From NCBI RefSeq assembly GCF_009914755.1, contig NC_060935.1: DNA of 64,000 nucleotides, one strand, 5' to 3'. The stretch is from the human T2T-CHM13v2.0 reference genome, Homo sapiens. The translations under genes were made by a program, and so were the position numbers. Under the pieces are notes generated by a model. That model was given only the letters and a program-made list of their open reading frames with translations. It was not told where the DNA came from and did no database searches. Shown here one piece after another: positions 46,431 through 59,160 of this stretch (position 1 is the first letter of the stretch; each line of letters opens with the position of its first letter).

Positions 46431-49400
46431 CACTCCTGTTGTGGTCATGTTGGTTGAGCATACTTCCATAGATGGCCCCACCCGGCCATCCCTATATGCT
46501 CTTTTCTGGGGTTCTTAAATGTGAGGATTTTTATCAGGGTTGGAAGGGTTTCTATGTGACTCTACCCTAAAGGTGGGGGATAAAGAAGTAGGCCTCCAAA
46601 TGGCAGGCTGAGCTGGCAAGGAGGGCCAAGAGAATCTAGATGGAACACAGGGCAGGCACAGGAAGAGCATGAAGGATTGAAATGTACATTCTGTGGTATT
46701 AGGCATTGCTGAATTCTGCACTGTATCATCAACATCAGGGGAAAATAAGAAAAAGACAGGTGCTGGATTTAGTTAACTTGACTTATTGCCATAGCCTCCT
46801 TGCTGATCTCCCCATCTCACTCCACCTTCTAAGCCATCATGCACACTGCAGCCAGGAGAATCCTCTGAAACATCACTTTCATTATGCTGTACGCCTTCCC
46901 AGGCACCTTCTCACAACTGTCTACAAGATAAAGGGCAAACTCATTTGCTTAGTGTGTGTGCATACGTGCATGCGTGTCTGTAGGGGGAGTAAGACCACAG
47001 AGCTTTTTAAATTCTCTGAAGTTTTACTGATAAAGCACTCACATTATTGTACTTTAACTATTGTAGGCTATAGATGCATTCCGTATACTGCATATGAGTA
47101 AGAGCTATGATTCATAAGTTTTAGGTATAATTTAAAATAAGCATATCTATTATTATCCCTCAAATTATTTTTCTTTATAAATAATAGTGATAAAATTCTA
47201 CATGGCCTTTGCACATAAACCATCCAACGTAATCTGAGCAAGCCTTAAAGTAGGCTTGGTTTTAGGGTCATGTTCTTGTTCCCAGTTAGGCCAGCCAATG
47301 TTGGGCATCAACCCTGGGTGTCATTGCTCACTATGGTGTTCCAGCATCTCAGGGAAGCCTGAGCAATGTTTGTTGAAGGGCAGCTCCCCACCATACCATC
47401 TCTCCTCTTAGGCCAGCTTCCCAATGGGTGTCTGCAGGCATTCCACTCACTCCTATATCCTCTGTTTCAAAGACCTTCTCCTTTCCTCTCTTCCAATCTT
47501 ACACATCCACAAAGCCCCAACATAATAAAAATGATAGGTATCTCCTGTTAAATACTTGACTGGTTTCAGATCTGTCTAATGAAACGGGTTCTATCATTAT
47601 TCTCCCTTTACAGATGAGGAAACTGAGGTGCAAAGCAGTTAAGCAACTGGTCCAAGATCTAGACCAGGTACTCAACCACCCCACTCCACATGCAACTGTC
47701 CCCAACCCATGCGATTCATCCTTTCCCTGAAGGCTTGTGTGGTGCTGCCTTTTAAATTCATAACATAATGACTTCATTGTTATGAAATTCTTTTCTGTGT
47801 CTTTATTTTTTCTCTCCAACTAGAATTTAAATTCATTAAGGATTTAGAAGATTCATTCTCCTGTGAGAAGTCTTATAGACAAGAAAAAGAGAATTAGGCA
47901 TAGACAGAAGGGTTGTAATCACCCTTCTCTGAGCATGTGTCATTCTGGAGGACAGGACCTTGAATTTGGGCTTGGCTCTGTCTTCGAGAGTATGTGGGTG
48001 AGTCACTAGTAGTGAACATGACTTCCCATTCTGTCGTGGCATTATTTCCAAACTCATGGCCAGACACAACTTGGCTCTCCCATTCCTCAGGGAAGTATGT
48101 GGCTGCCACCACAATTCTCCCTCTCCACATGGGCAAATGTAGGCCGAAAGACCATCCTTCAAAGGTCTCAGAGAATCCTGGTGTTTTAGGCCAAGCCTCA
48201 GCCCTGCAGTGTGTCTCTTGTCCATGATAATAATAGCCTCACACAGGGAAGTGCTTTTATCTTCTTCAAAGGCCTTTCATGTCAGAGATTTCATTTCATC
48301 TGCACAACATCCCTGTGAGGTAGGTATTATTATTTCCCATTTGAAGCTAAGGGAAGACAGGCCCGGAGATCCAATATCTTGTCCAGAATTTCCTAAGGCT
48401 GAGCCAGTGCCAAAATCCAGCCTTTACCTTGAACCTCTCTGCCCGCTGCCTGGCCCTGTCTCTCCTTTCATTAATTTTCTGGTCCAAACTGCAACACAGT
48501 CAACTAGCTAGTTCTTTTCACCTGCTCCCTGAGTGCGAAGGGGAAAATGAAACTAACCCATTTAAGGTTTTATCAGAAAGCCTCGTTAATCCACCCGCAG
48601 TCTGTTAGATAACAGCTTAAATCTCTCCACTGCAAAGGATTACCTTCCCATCTGATCAGGCACAACACATTAGAGGAGGCGTGGGGTGGGCATGAGCGTG
48701 TGGAGGCCACGGCGCTTTCTCTGCAAAAATGGAGATATTCAAACTTCCGGATCTGCTGTCCTCCCCCAGATGGGCTAGGAGCCCAGCATCTGCCTGTACA
48801 TCAAGCAGCTCCTCCATGAAGTTACTTGAATGACAGCGTGTTCCTGAAAAGCTCCTCACTCACTCATTCATTCAATATATATTTGTCAGGCACCTACTAT
48901 GTGCCAAGTATTGTGCTAGAAAGTACAAAATGACATTGGGAAAAATGAGTCCTATTTTTCTCATCCACATGTATTATTATTCTAGCAGGGCATTGTCAAG
49001 GTGAAAATAACTCAGACACATACAAAAACTCCCCTTAGTGCTGTCAGGGCCTTAGAACCTGAACCATGCACCCCATAGCAGGTATCACAGAAATAGCCAC
49101 TGAGAATAGAGGGAAGGGCCTGGCTGGCCTGGAAGAATCTCCACGTCTTAACCCTTGGATAACAGGAGTTATCACTCCAAAGTTCAGAGGTTCAAAGTTC
49201 AGACTTCTGTCGGTCTGCTCTCGGTCATTTATAAATGAAGGGATCTGGGCTGATTAAAGCAAATTCGCTCCTATGTGGTCTTTCTTTCCATTAGACCCAG
49301 CTGCGACTTGCTCTTCAGGGGCAGGTTGGAAGTACATCAGGATAAATTTGGTCTGCCCTATTTACCCCATCAGGAGGCGGAGCGACCCCCTCTGAGCACC

Positions 49401-49889
49401 AGCGAACAACCTCTGACAACTAGGGCTAGATGGACCTGGCCTCATCTTTCCCTTAGATGTTCTCTGTGCTCACCCTTCTCCACGAAACCGCAATCCGTTT
49501 GGGATCCCTAGTTCTGGCTGAACCACACCTCTGAGGCTCTGGATCACTAAAAGAACAACAAAGAAATACGTGCTTTTTGTTTGTTTGTTTGTTTGTTTAT
49601 TCATTAGAACTAGTGGAATCATACAAAATTCACGTCAGGAATTAAAGTAGGTGTGCTGTTTTTGAAATGAGGACATTCCAAATAGTGAAGCTGTTTGCTG
49701 CTGTAACCGAAGTCATTGAAAAAAGAAAATCACAAGTGGAAGGCCAGAAGGCCCCCAGTGGGTTTTTTTCTGAGGGCACTCAGAAGCAGTGTGAACTAAG
49801 AGTGGGGCTTCCAGCTTTGGCCTTGCCAGGGGTGTGACCTCAGACAATCAGCTCACTTCTTTGGTTCTGGGCCTTCGACTTGTTCTTTC

Positions 49890-50440
49890 CTTGTAGATAA
49901 GACAATGGGTATTTGCTTGCCCATTGCCCACTCTCCCGATTTTTCTTAGGAACCACCTCACCCCAGGCTTAGACCACATGATTTAAGTGGACCCGATGCT
50001 AGCTAGCCCTGCTTCCAGGGGTGCACAGGGATTCGGACTCAGCCAATTACACCATTGCACATCTCTCTCATTACACTGATTGGGTCAGAGATGGTCATGT
50101 GACCGGAAAAGTACCAATCAGAGGTCAGCTGAGAGTTTTGCAGGCTTAAAGGAGAAAGGAACTCTTTCTTACTGAGTCTGCTCAGAAGATAGGGTGAGCA
50201 TTTGGAGCTGCAGTGATGATATACCATCCTCGAGAGGCCATTCACTGAGAATGGAGTCAACACAAGAGGAAGGCAGGACCAAGAGATGAAGTTGAGGAGA
50301 GCCCTGACATCACTGCTGGGGCCCTCAGATCCCGCTATGCCTGGGCTGTCACTGGGCTTTTTAGTTATGTGAGATAGTAAATTCCCTTCTTGCTTAAGCT
50401 ACTTTGAGTTGTCACCATTACCAAAAGATCCCTTATCAAT
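49890..50440 (+). mobile_element. MaLR LTR (MLT1-type)
   Basis: GATTGGGTCAGAGATGGTCATGTGACC...GTAAATTCCCTTCTTGCTTAAGC, the MLT1 pattern. Confidence 0.7.
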
Positions 50441-50498
50441 ACCCCCTCTGCGTGATTCCCCTCGTCCCTTTTATCTTGCCTAAGTTCTATTCACCCGT

Positions 50499-51037
50499 TG
50501 TGAAAGTTGCAGATACCAGGACAAAATCACTTTTGTCAGAACCAAATTGGAGGTGGGAAAGCAGGAAGGAGAAGGACCCACGCTTGCTTGAGATAAGAGT
50601 GTTTCAAGGACTTTCTAAAATAAGCCCCTAAGAAATTCCTTCACGTCCTTCACACATCTCATGCTTTTCGTGATCTATATTTTATACATAGGCACATATT
50701 TCTAGGACCAGGTTTATCACTAGACATTCTTTAGGACTACAGCAATTCAGAAAAGATACTCTCAAAAGACTACTTGCCTAGTAACAGCATCTCCACCAAT
50801 GAACTGACGCCAATTCTGGCTTTGAGTCTCCAGAGCCAATGAACTCTGTTTCTAAGCAGCTTATGTGAACTTCTCCTTTTGCCAATAAAAGCTTCCCCTC
50901 ACCCTCCCCTCTTCGGGTGCATCTGTTGCTTGCTATAGCTGTGCATCCTAGATTATAATCCTTTTGCTTACTCACAAATAAGATCATTAAATTAGGAGAT
51001 ATATTTCTCTGATGTCTTTTTTTTTTTTAGGCTGACA
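50499..51037 (+). mobile_element. Solo ERV1 LTR (MER34-like)
   Basis: TG...CA termini (TGTGAAAGTTG...TTAGGCTGACA), internal AATAAA at 50884, imperfect 4-bp TSD CCGT/CCTT. Confidence 0.8.
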
Positions 51038-51039
51038 CC

Positions 51040-51315
51040 TTAAGGTATCAGTTAAAATGTTAAGTGCTCCTGCCCTATTTCCCCCATCTCCTTTCTTTCC
51101 CCAACATAATACCTTAATAGATACATATTATTCTGACATACTGTTTAACTTGCTTCTCATGATATATGATTTATTGTTTGCATTCTGCTCCCTTTTCCCA
51201 CTAGAATGTGAACTTCGTAATTTTTGTTGGTTCTGATCCCTGATGTGTCCAAATACCTAGAAAAGTGCTGATACATAATAGGTGCTCAATAAATATTTGT
51301 TGCCTGAATGATGAA
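51040..51315 (+). mobile_element. L2 3' end
   Basis: CTAGAATGTGAAC...AGGTGCTCAATAAATATTTGTTGCCTGAATGA. Confidence 0.8.
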
Positions 51316-52829
51316 ATTTAGCAGGAGAAGGCATTAGGGGACTTTCACTAGGGCCAGCCTGGGGTGAAGCCTGGTTACTCTAACTTTAGACTCTCCACAG
51401 CTCCCCAGCCCCTACTGGTGATAATGGTTTAAGCTAAAATACTACAGTAAACACTAGCTTCTGTTTACTAGTTTCCACTATGTACCAGGCATTGGGATAA
51501 GTGCTGGGCACACACAGAGGGATAGGACCTTCTCTTCTCTCGAGGAACTCCCAGTCAAAAGGGAGCCAAAGGACAACACACTAGAGGGTCACATACCCTT
51601 GGGCTTAGTGAATGTTTGTGATACAAAGCTAGGACATCTGGCCCAGCATGAGGCACTGGGGTAGAAATCTTCCTGGAAGAGGTGATGTCTGAGCTGTCCC
51701 TTTCCTACATTGGAAGAAAGACATGGCAAATACGAGTGTGGGTTGTGGGTAGGGAGAGAGGATGAGGAGAAATGAATGAAACTGAGACTATATCAAAGGC
51801 TGGGGCAGGAAAATTTGCTGTGATTCTCACCCTCACTTTCCTTATCTGAGCTGACCGAAGACATCCCCACAAATTCCTTTATCCACTCTCTGCCACCAAA
51901 ACACACTCTCATTCACCTACCCAAGTAGATAAGGTCCTCTGCTCCTTTGAATTTCAAGGCAAAAAGACTCTTAGCAGGCCTTCTTTGGTTATCTGTTCTC
52001 ACATCACTTGATGCCATCATCTGGAAATACCTGTAGGCTTGTGTCTAGACCAGTCTTTGTTTCTATGAAAAGCCAGCCCTTGCACCTGTGGCTAGCACCA
52101 GGTGCCTGCCACCACTGTATACCTGGAAAGGGGCATTGCTTCAGCTCTCATCTTCAGTCACTTGCCTTCTCCACTCCCAATTGCTCCTGATTCGTGCTCC
52201 CGGGGCCAACTATCGGTTCCTTTCTCTTCTAGATCATCCTGAGTAATTCCCCCAGGAGAGAGAGGATAGCTCAGAGCTGGATGGAATCTGAAAGGCATTC
52301 TTTTCCCAGTCTGAAACTCCATCTGCTTGACACTCTATGTGCCAAGTTTCCATATTCAATGCAAATTTACCAGCACATACATAGTTTTCCTGTTACTGGT
52401 TAAAAAGCGTTTTGACAGTCCCAGGGACACATTGCTTTCTTTCCAACCAAAACTGTAGAGACAAAGACACATTTCCACTGCAACTAAGTAATCCCGAAGT
52501 TTCTCCATAAGCCAAATTTGATTGAGCTAATACTGACCTTTCCACAGGCACAGCTTCCAAAGATATCTTTTTGCTGCAGGCAAAGTCCTGATGAGCATAT
52601 TAGTCAAAGCTCCACCTCTTCAGTACCAGCACACCCACCCTCTCTTTTCTCTTCCTTTCAGGTTGAAGGAGAACAGGGAGTGTCTCTAAATTTCCACAGC
52701 TGATTTTTCTCCCCCCAGGAGGTCCTATTGTTCAGGCCTGGCCTGGGGAGCACGTGACACCCCACCCCACCGCCAGCAATGGATAAGCCTCAGGCTCAGA
52801 GTCCTGTATTTGATTTGATCAAGGCTATT

Positions 52830-53060
52830 CTGGCCATATGTTAAGAGCAATGTACCTTGGCAGGAAGCAAGCCAGGTTTAAGTCCTGGGCCACTGAATTG
52901 CCAACTGTGTGACCCAAGGCTCCTCTAAACCTGCAAAAATGGAAATAATAATAGTACCAAACTCAGAGGGTTGTCAAGAAAATTAAATGAGATAATGCAA
53001 GTTGAGCACTTGGGATGGAGTGTCTGGTTTGAAGCAAAGGCTGGCTAAATGACCATCTGA
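52830..53060 (+). mobile_element. MIR
   Basis: TGTGTGACC...AAAATGGAAATAATAATAGTACC...ATTAAATGAGATAATGCA. Confidence 0.8.
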
Positions 53061-54465
53061 TTATTGCTTTGGCCCCTGAAGCCTCGCCATCAATTTGTTC
53101 TCTCATTCATCAGAACAGCCCTTTGCTTGGAAAACCATACTTATAAAAATATGAAGCATCGTAAATGATCATAAGGAAACCGACCGGGGGAAGGTAGCAA
53201 TGATGGGAATCTCTAAGGATCTCTCCCAGGAGAATCTGCCTAGGGGTTTTAGTGGCCTGACCCTGGGGAGGCAGGTTGGAGAAAACTGTAAAGGAAAAGC
53301 CTGGTCTGCTACAAAATGACTCAGAACCTACTCAGACTAGAGAAGTCTCTGAAAAAAGGCTAGAAATCAACCTTCACCCCGGGAGATTCACCTTCCTGTT
53401 CATTCATCCATTCATTCATTCATTCATTCATTCATTCATTCATCAAATGTTAAATGAGCTCCCTCCTACATGGCCAAGTACTGACGATAGAGCAGAGAAC
53501 AAGATTCCTGTCCAGGAGCCCATATTCTATTGGTCTATTTAAGTTTCTTTGACTTTTAAGAATTGTATTCTTCACAACCACCTATACCACATAGTGAAAC
53601 AAACAAACAAAATATTTTCTTCTTTTTCAACTTGTATTTTAGATTCAGTGGGTGCATGTGCAGGTTTGTTGCATGGGTATATTGTGTGATGCTGAGGTTT
53701 GGGGTATGAATGATCCTATCACCCAGGGAGCAAGCAAACAAGCATAGCACCCGACAGGTAGTTTTTCAACCCTTGCCCCCTCCCTTCTCCACCCCCAGTA
53801 GTTCCCAGTGTCTGTTATTCCCATCTTTCTGTCTATGTATACCTAAGGTTTGGCTTCCACTTACAAGTGAGAACATGTGGTATTTGGTTTTCTGTTTCTG
53901 TGTTAATTCACCACTTAGGATAATGGCCTCCAGCTGCATCTGTGTTGTTGCAAAGGACATGATTTCATTCTTTTTTATGGCTGCATAGTAGTCCATGGTG
54001 TATATGTACCACATTTTCTTTATCCAATCCACCATTGATGGGCTCCTAGGTTGATTCCATGTCTTTGCCATTGTGAACAGTGCTGTGATGAACATATGAA
54101 TGCACGTGTCTTTTTGGTAGCAAGATTTATTTTATGCCTAGTAATAGGATTGCTGGGTTGAATGTTAATTCTAAGTTTTTTGGGAAATATTCAGCTTGCT
54201 TTCACAGTGACTGAACTAATTTGCACTACCACAAACAGTGTATAAGTGTTCCCTTTTCTCCACAGCCTCACCAGCATTTGTTATTTTTTGTTTTTTTTTA
54301 AAATAATAGCCATTATTAAAATGGTTGCTGCAAAACAGTAACTCATTGTGATTTTGATTTGCATTTCTCTAATGATTACTGATGTTGAGCACTTTTTCAT
54401 ATATGTGTTGGCCGCAGGTATGTCCTCTTTTGAGATGTTCTGTTCATGTCCTTTGCCCACTTTTT

Positions 54466-55558
<1,093 letters not shown>

Positions 55559-56242
55559 TCCTTTGCCCACTTTTTAATGGAGTTATTTGAAGGCATCGTA
55601 CTACCTGACTTCCGACTATACTACAAGCCTGCAGTAACCAAAACAGCATGGTACTAGCACAAAAACAGTCACATAGACCAATGGAAAAGGATAGCAAACC
55701 CAAAATAAAGCTGCACACCTAACAACCATCTGATCTTTGACAGTCAACAATCACAAGCAATGGGGAAAGGACTCCCTATTCAATAAATGGGATAACTAGC
55801 TATCCATATGTAGGAGAATGAAACTGGACCCCTACCTATCTCAATATATAAAAATTAACTTAAAATGGATTAAAGATTTAAATGTAAGACCTAAAACTAT
55901 AAATATCATAGAAAACCTAGGAAAATACCATTCTGGACATTGGCCTTGGCAGAGACTTTATGACTAAGTCCCCCAACAAAACAAAAACAATTGCAAAAAA
56001 AACCAAAAGTTGACAAGTGGGACCCAATCAAACTGAAGTGCTTTTGCATAGCAAAAGAAACTATCAACAGAGTAAACAGACAACCTTGGAATAAGAGAAA
56101 ATATTTGCAAACTAGGCATCCAGCAAAAGTCTAATATCCAGAATCCACAAGGCACTTAAATAATTCCCATGCAAAATCTTTTCTTGGTTTCTTTTAGTGT
56201 ACCCAAAGTGGTCTGGCTAACTCTTCATCCCTAAAAGAGAAA

Positions 56243-56351
56243 AGGAGGAAGGAAGGGAGGGAGGGAAGGAGGGAGGGAGGAAGGAAAGGAAGGAAAGAAG
56301 GAAGGAAGGAAGGAAGGAAGGAAGGAAGGAAGGAAGGAAGGAAGGAAGGAA
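56243..56351. repeat. (GGAA)n microsatellite / polypurine tract
   Basis: 13 perfect GGAA units at 56300-56351, preceded by degenerate GGGA/GGAA units. Confidence 0.95.
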
Positions 56352-57394
56352 ACTTACTCTACATGAATAGTAAGGAAAATAGAAAAAAAAAAAAAGAAGT
56401 TATAAGAAGCATGACACTAGTCACATTTTAGAAGTCCCTTTCTTTACCTGCAGAGCCAGCAAGCTTTCAGAGTTCCCAAGAAAACCACCTTTTAGTGTTT
56501 AAGTCCTTCCCTAGTCCTAGCTTTCCTTCACTCCCCCCTATCCAGGAAGGGCCCAGAGGAGAGCAGAAGGATAGATTTATGGCCAGATCACCAAGGTTGA
56601 CATAAGGAGGGCATTTTCCCTTTAGAGTCCTGGTAATAGGGACTCAATCTCCCTGGACTGACTCTTTGTTAAATTAAAAAGGGTTAAGTTTAGCATTCCT
56701 AGTCTCTTGGACACTGCCAGAGAAGGTATTGACCATGACATCTTGGGCATGCTCTGAGGCTGTTAAGGCCCCATGTTGGAATGATGTTTCTCTGAAGCCC
56801 TGGCCACAGCCAAGCATTTCTTCTAAACTGCTTGAGATGGCAGGATGCTTGAGACATCTGTTTGTTATTTTTATATGGACCCAGCCCAGAATCACAATCA
56901 CCCAAGACCATAAAGAACCTGTGGCCATGATTTTGACAATGAGAACCATGGTTCATGAAACTCAGGGCTTCCATTTTTGGCTTCTTGACACTCAAGGTAG
57001 TTTTTCATCAAAAAGCCCTTCAAAAGAGAGACTGGTTTCCTTATTAGGAAGGAAAATCTATACTCTGCCAACTCCAGAAATTGAGTCTTAGAAGGAACTA
57101 GTTCGCTCCCTCTCTCCATCGTCTCCAGCCTCAGACATTTAACACAGTGGCCTTTCTCTTTCTCCTTGGGGTTTCTACGTGTCCACAGGGGGCCAGCTGT
57201 GTTCCTTAAGGCATTCTGTGGTAAATGTTAGATTACTGCCTTTCTCCTATTATGGGAATATTTTCCTTCCAAGAATATAACATTACCTAGTAATAAGGAC
57301 AAGAACGAGAAATAGAAGGGGGAAGGAGAAGTAGGAGGAGGAAAAGGAGGAGGAGGAAAAGGAGGAGGAGGAAGAAGAGAAGAAGGGGGCTTTA

Positions 57395-58760
57395 TTTGTA
57401 TTTTTTAAATGTTCTGCTTGGAGATAATTACAGATAAGCACACAATTTTAAGAACTTATGCAGAGATCCCTGATACCCTCACCCAGTTTCCCCCAAAGGT
57501 AACATCTTATGTCACTATAGCACAACATTACAACCAGGAAATCAGTGATACAATCCATAGTCCTTACACAGGTGCCGTCAGTTTTACATGCACTCATTTG
57601 TGTGTGTGTGTGCATCTGTGTGTGCATTTAATTTGATGGAATTTTGTCACATGCATTGATTCATGTGGCCACCACCACAGTTAAGATACAGAATAGTTTC
57701 ATCACAAGGTTCCTTTGCACTAACCTTTTACAGCTACACCCACCTGCCTCTCCCCCAATCTCACCTCTGACAACCACTAATCTGTTCTCCATCTCTATAA
57801 TTTTGTCATTTTAAGAATGCAATATAAATGGAGTCATACAGTATGTAACCTTTTATGATTGGCTTTGTTCACTCAATAGAATTCTCTGGGGCCTCATCCA
57901 AGTGGCTGTGTATATCAGTAGTTGCTGAGTCCTATTCCATAATACAGCACTATGGTGTGTTTAGCCATTCATTGGTTGAAGGACATCTGAGCGGTTTCCA
58001 GATTTTAGCTATTGCAAATAAAGCTGCAATGAGCATTCATATACAGATTTTTGTGTGAACACTGTTTTCATTTCTCTGGGATAGATTCCCAAGAGTGCAA
58101 TTGCTGGGTTGTATGGTAATCATATGTTTAGTCTTATAAGAAATGGCCAAATTCTTTTCTAGAATTGCCATACCATTTTACATTTCCACCAGCGTATGAG
58201 TGATCCCATTACTCTACATCCTCATCAGCATTTGGCGTTGCCACTATCTTTTCAGTTTTATTTTTAGCCATTCTGATAGGTAGTTAGTGATATCTTACTT
58301 GCATTGCTTAGTGGCTCATGATATTAAACATTTTTTCAAGAACTTATTTGTCATCTGTATATTCTCTTCAGAGAAATGTATTTTCCCATTTTCTAATTTG
58401 ATGCTTTTTTAGCATTGAGTTTGAAGACCTCCTTATATACTCTATGAACCAGCACTTTGTCAAATATGTGCTTTACAAACATTTTCTCCCCATCTGCACT
58501 CTTCTCTTCACCTTCACCAGGTCTTTCACTGAGTGAGAGTTTTTCATTTTGATGAGGTTCAGTTTATCAATTTTCCCTTTTATGGATTGTGCCTGTGGGA
58601 TTCGGCCTAAGAACTTTTCATCTAATCCTAGGTCCAGAATATTTTCTCCTTTTTTTTTCCTAAAATTTTTATAAGTTTACATTTAATATTTAAGTCCATG
58701 ATTCATTTTGAGTTAATTTTTCAGGTGTGAAGTATCAGCTGGTTCATATTTTTTGCCTAG
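57395..58760 (-). mobile_element. L1MC-like LINE 3' fragment
   Basis: CACCCAGTTTCCCCCAAAGGTAACATC L1MC-type 3' UTR followed by ORF2 remnants. Confidence 0.8.
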
Positions 58761-58789
58761 GAGTATTCCTAGTATATACCTAAGGAATG

Positions 58790-59031
58790 TAACCTTTAAA
58801 AATATACCTAGTATTTAGATATATTTTATGGATGATAATCATAATAACCATTCCAAAAGGTTGCTGTAAGAATTATAACCTTTAAAAATATACTAGGTAT
58901 ATTAAACTAATATGATATTATATTGTATTTTTATGTTATATTAGTATAATATTATACTAATATACTAGGTATATTTTTAAAGGTTATAATTCTTATAGCA
59001 ATGTTTTGGAATGGTTATTATGATTATCATC
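58790..59031. repeat. AT-rich inverted repeat / palindrome complex
   Basis: 74-bp arms at 58831-58904 and 58958-59031 (68/74 complementary), a perfect 28-bp palindrome at 58937-58964, and a third 25-bp copy at 58790-58814. Confidence 0.92.
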
Positions 59032-59160
59032 TATTTTACAGATGGAGAAACCCAGAAAGATTTGATAATGTGACCAAGGTTAAACAAATGCTAAGTGATA
59101 GAAAGAAGCCAGGGTTTAAATGCGGGTCTGACTGACTGACTCACTCCCACATTTAAACCC
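59015..59160 (-). mobile_element. MIR
   Basis: ATTTTACAGATGGAGAAAC...TGACCAAGGT...GGGTTTAAATGCGGGTCTG. Confidence 0.75.
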
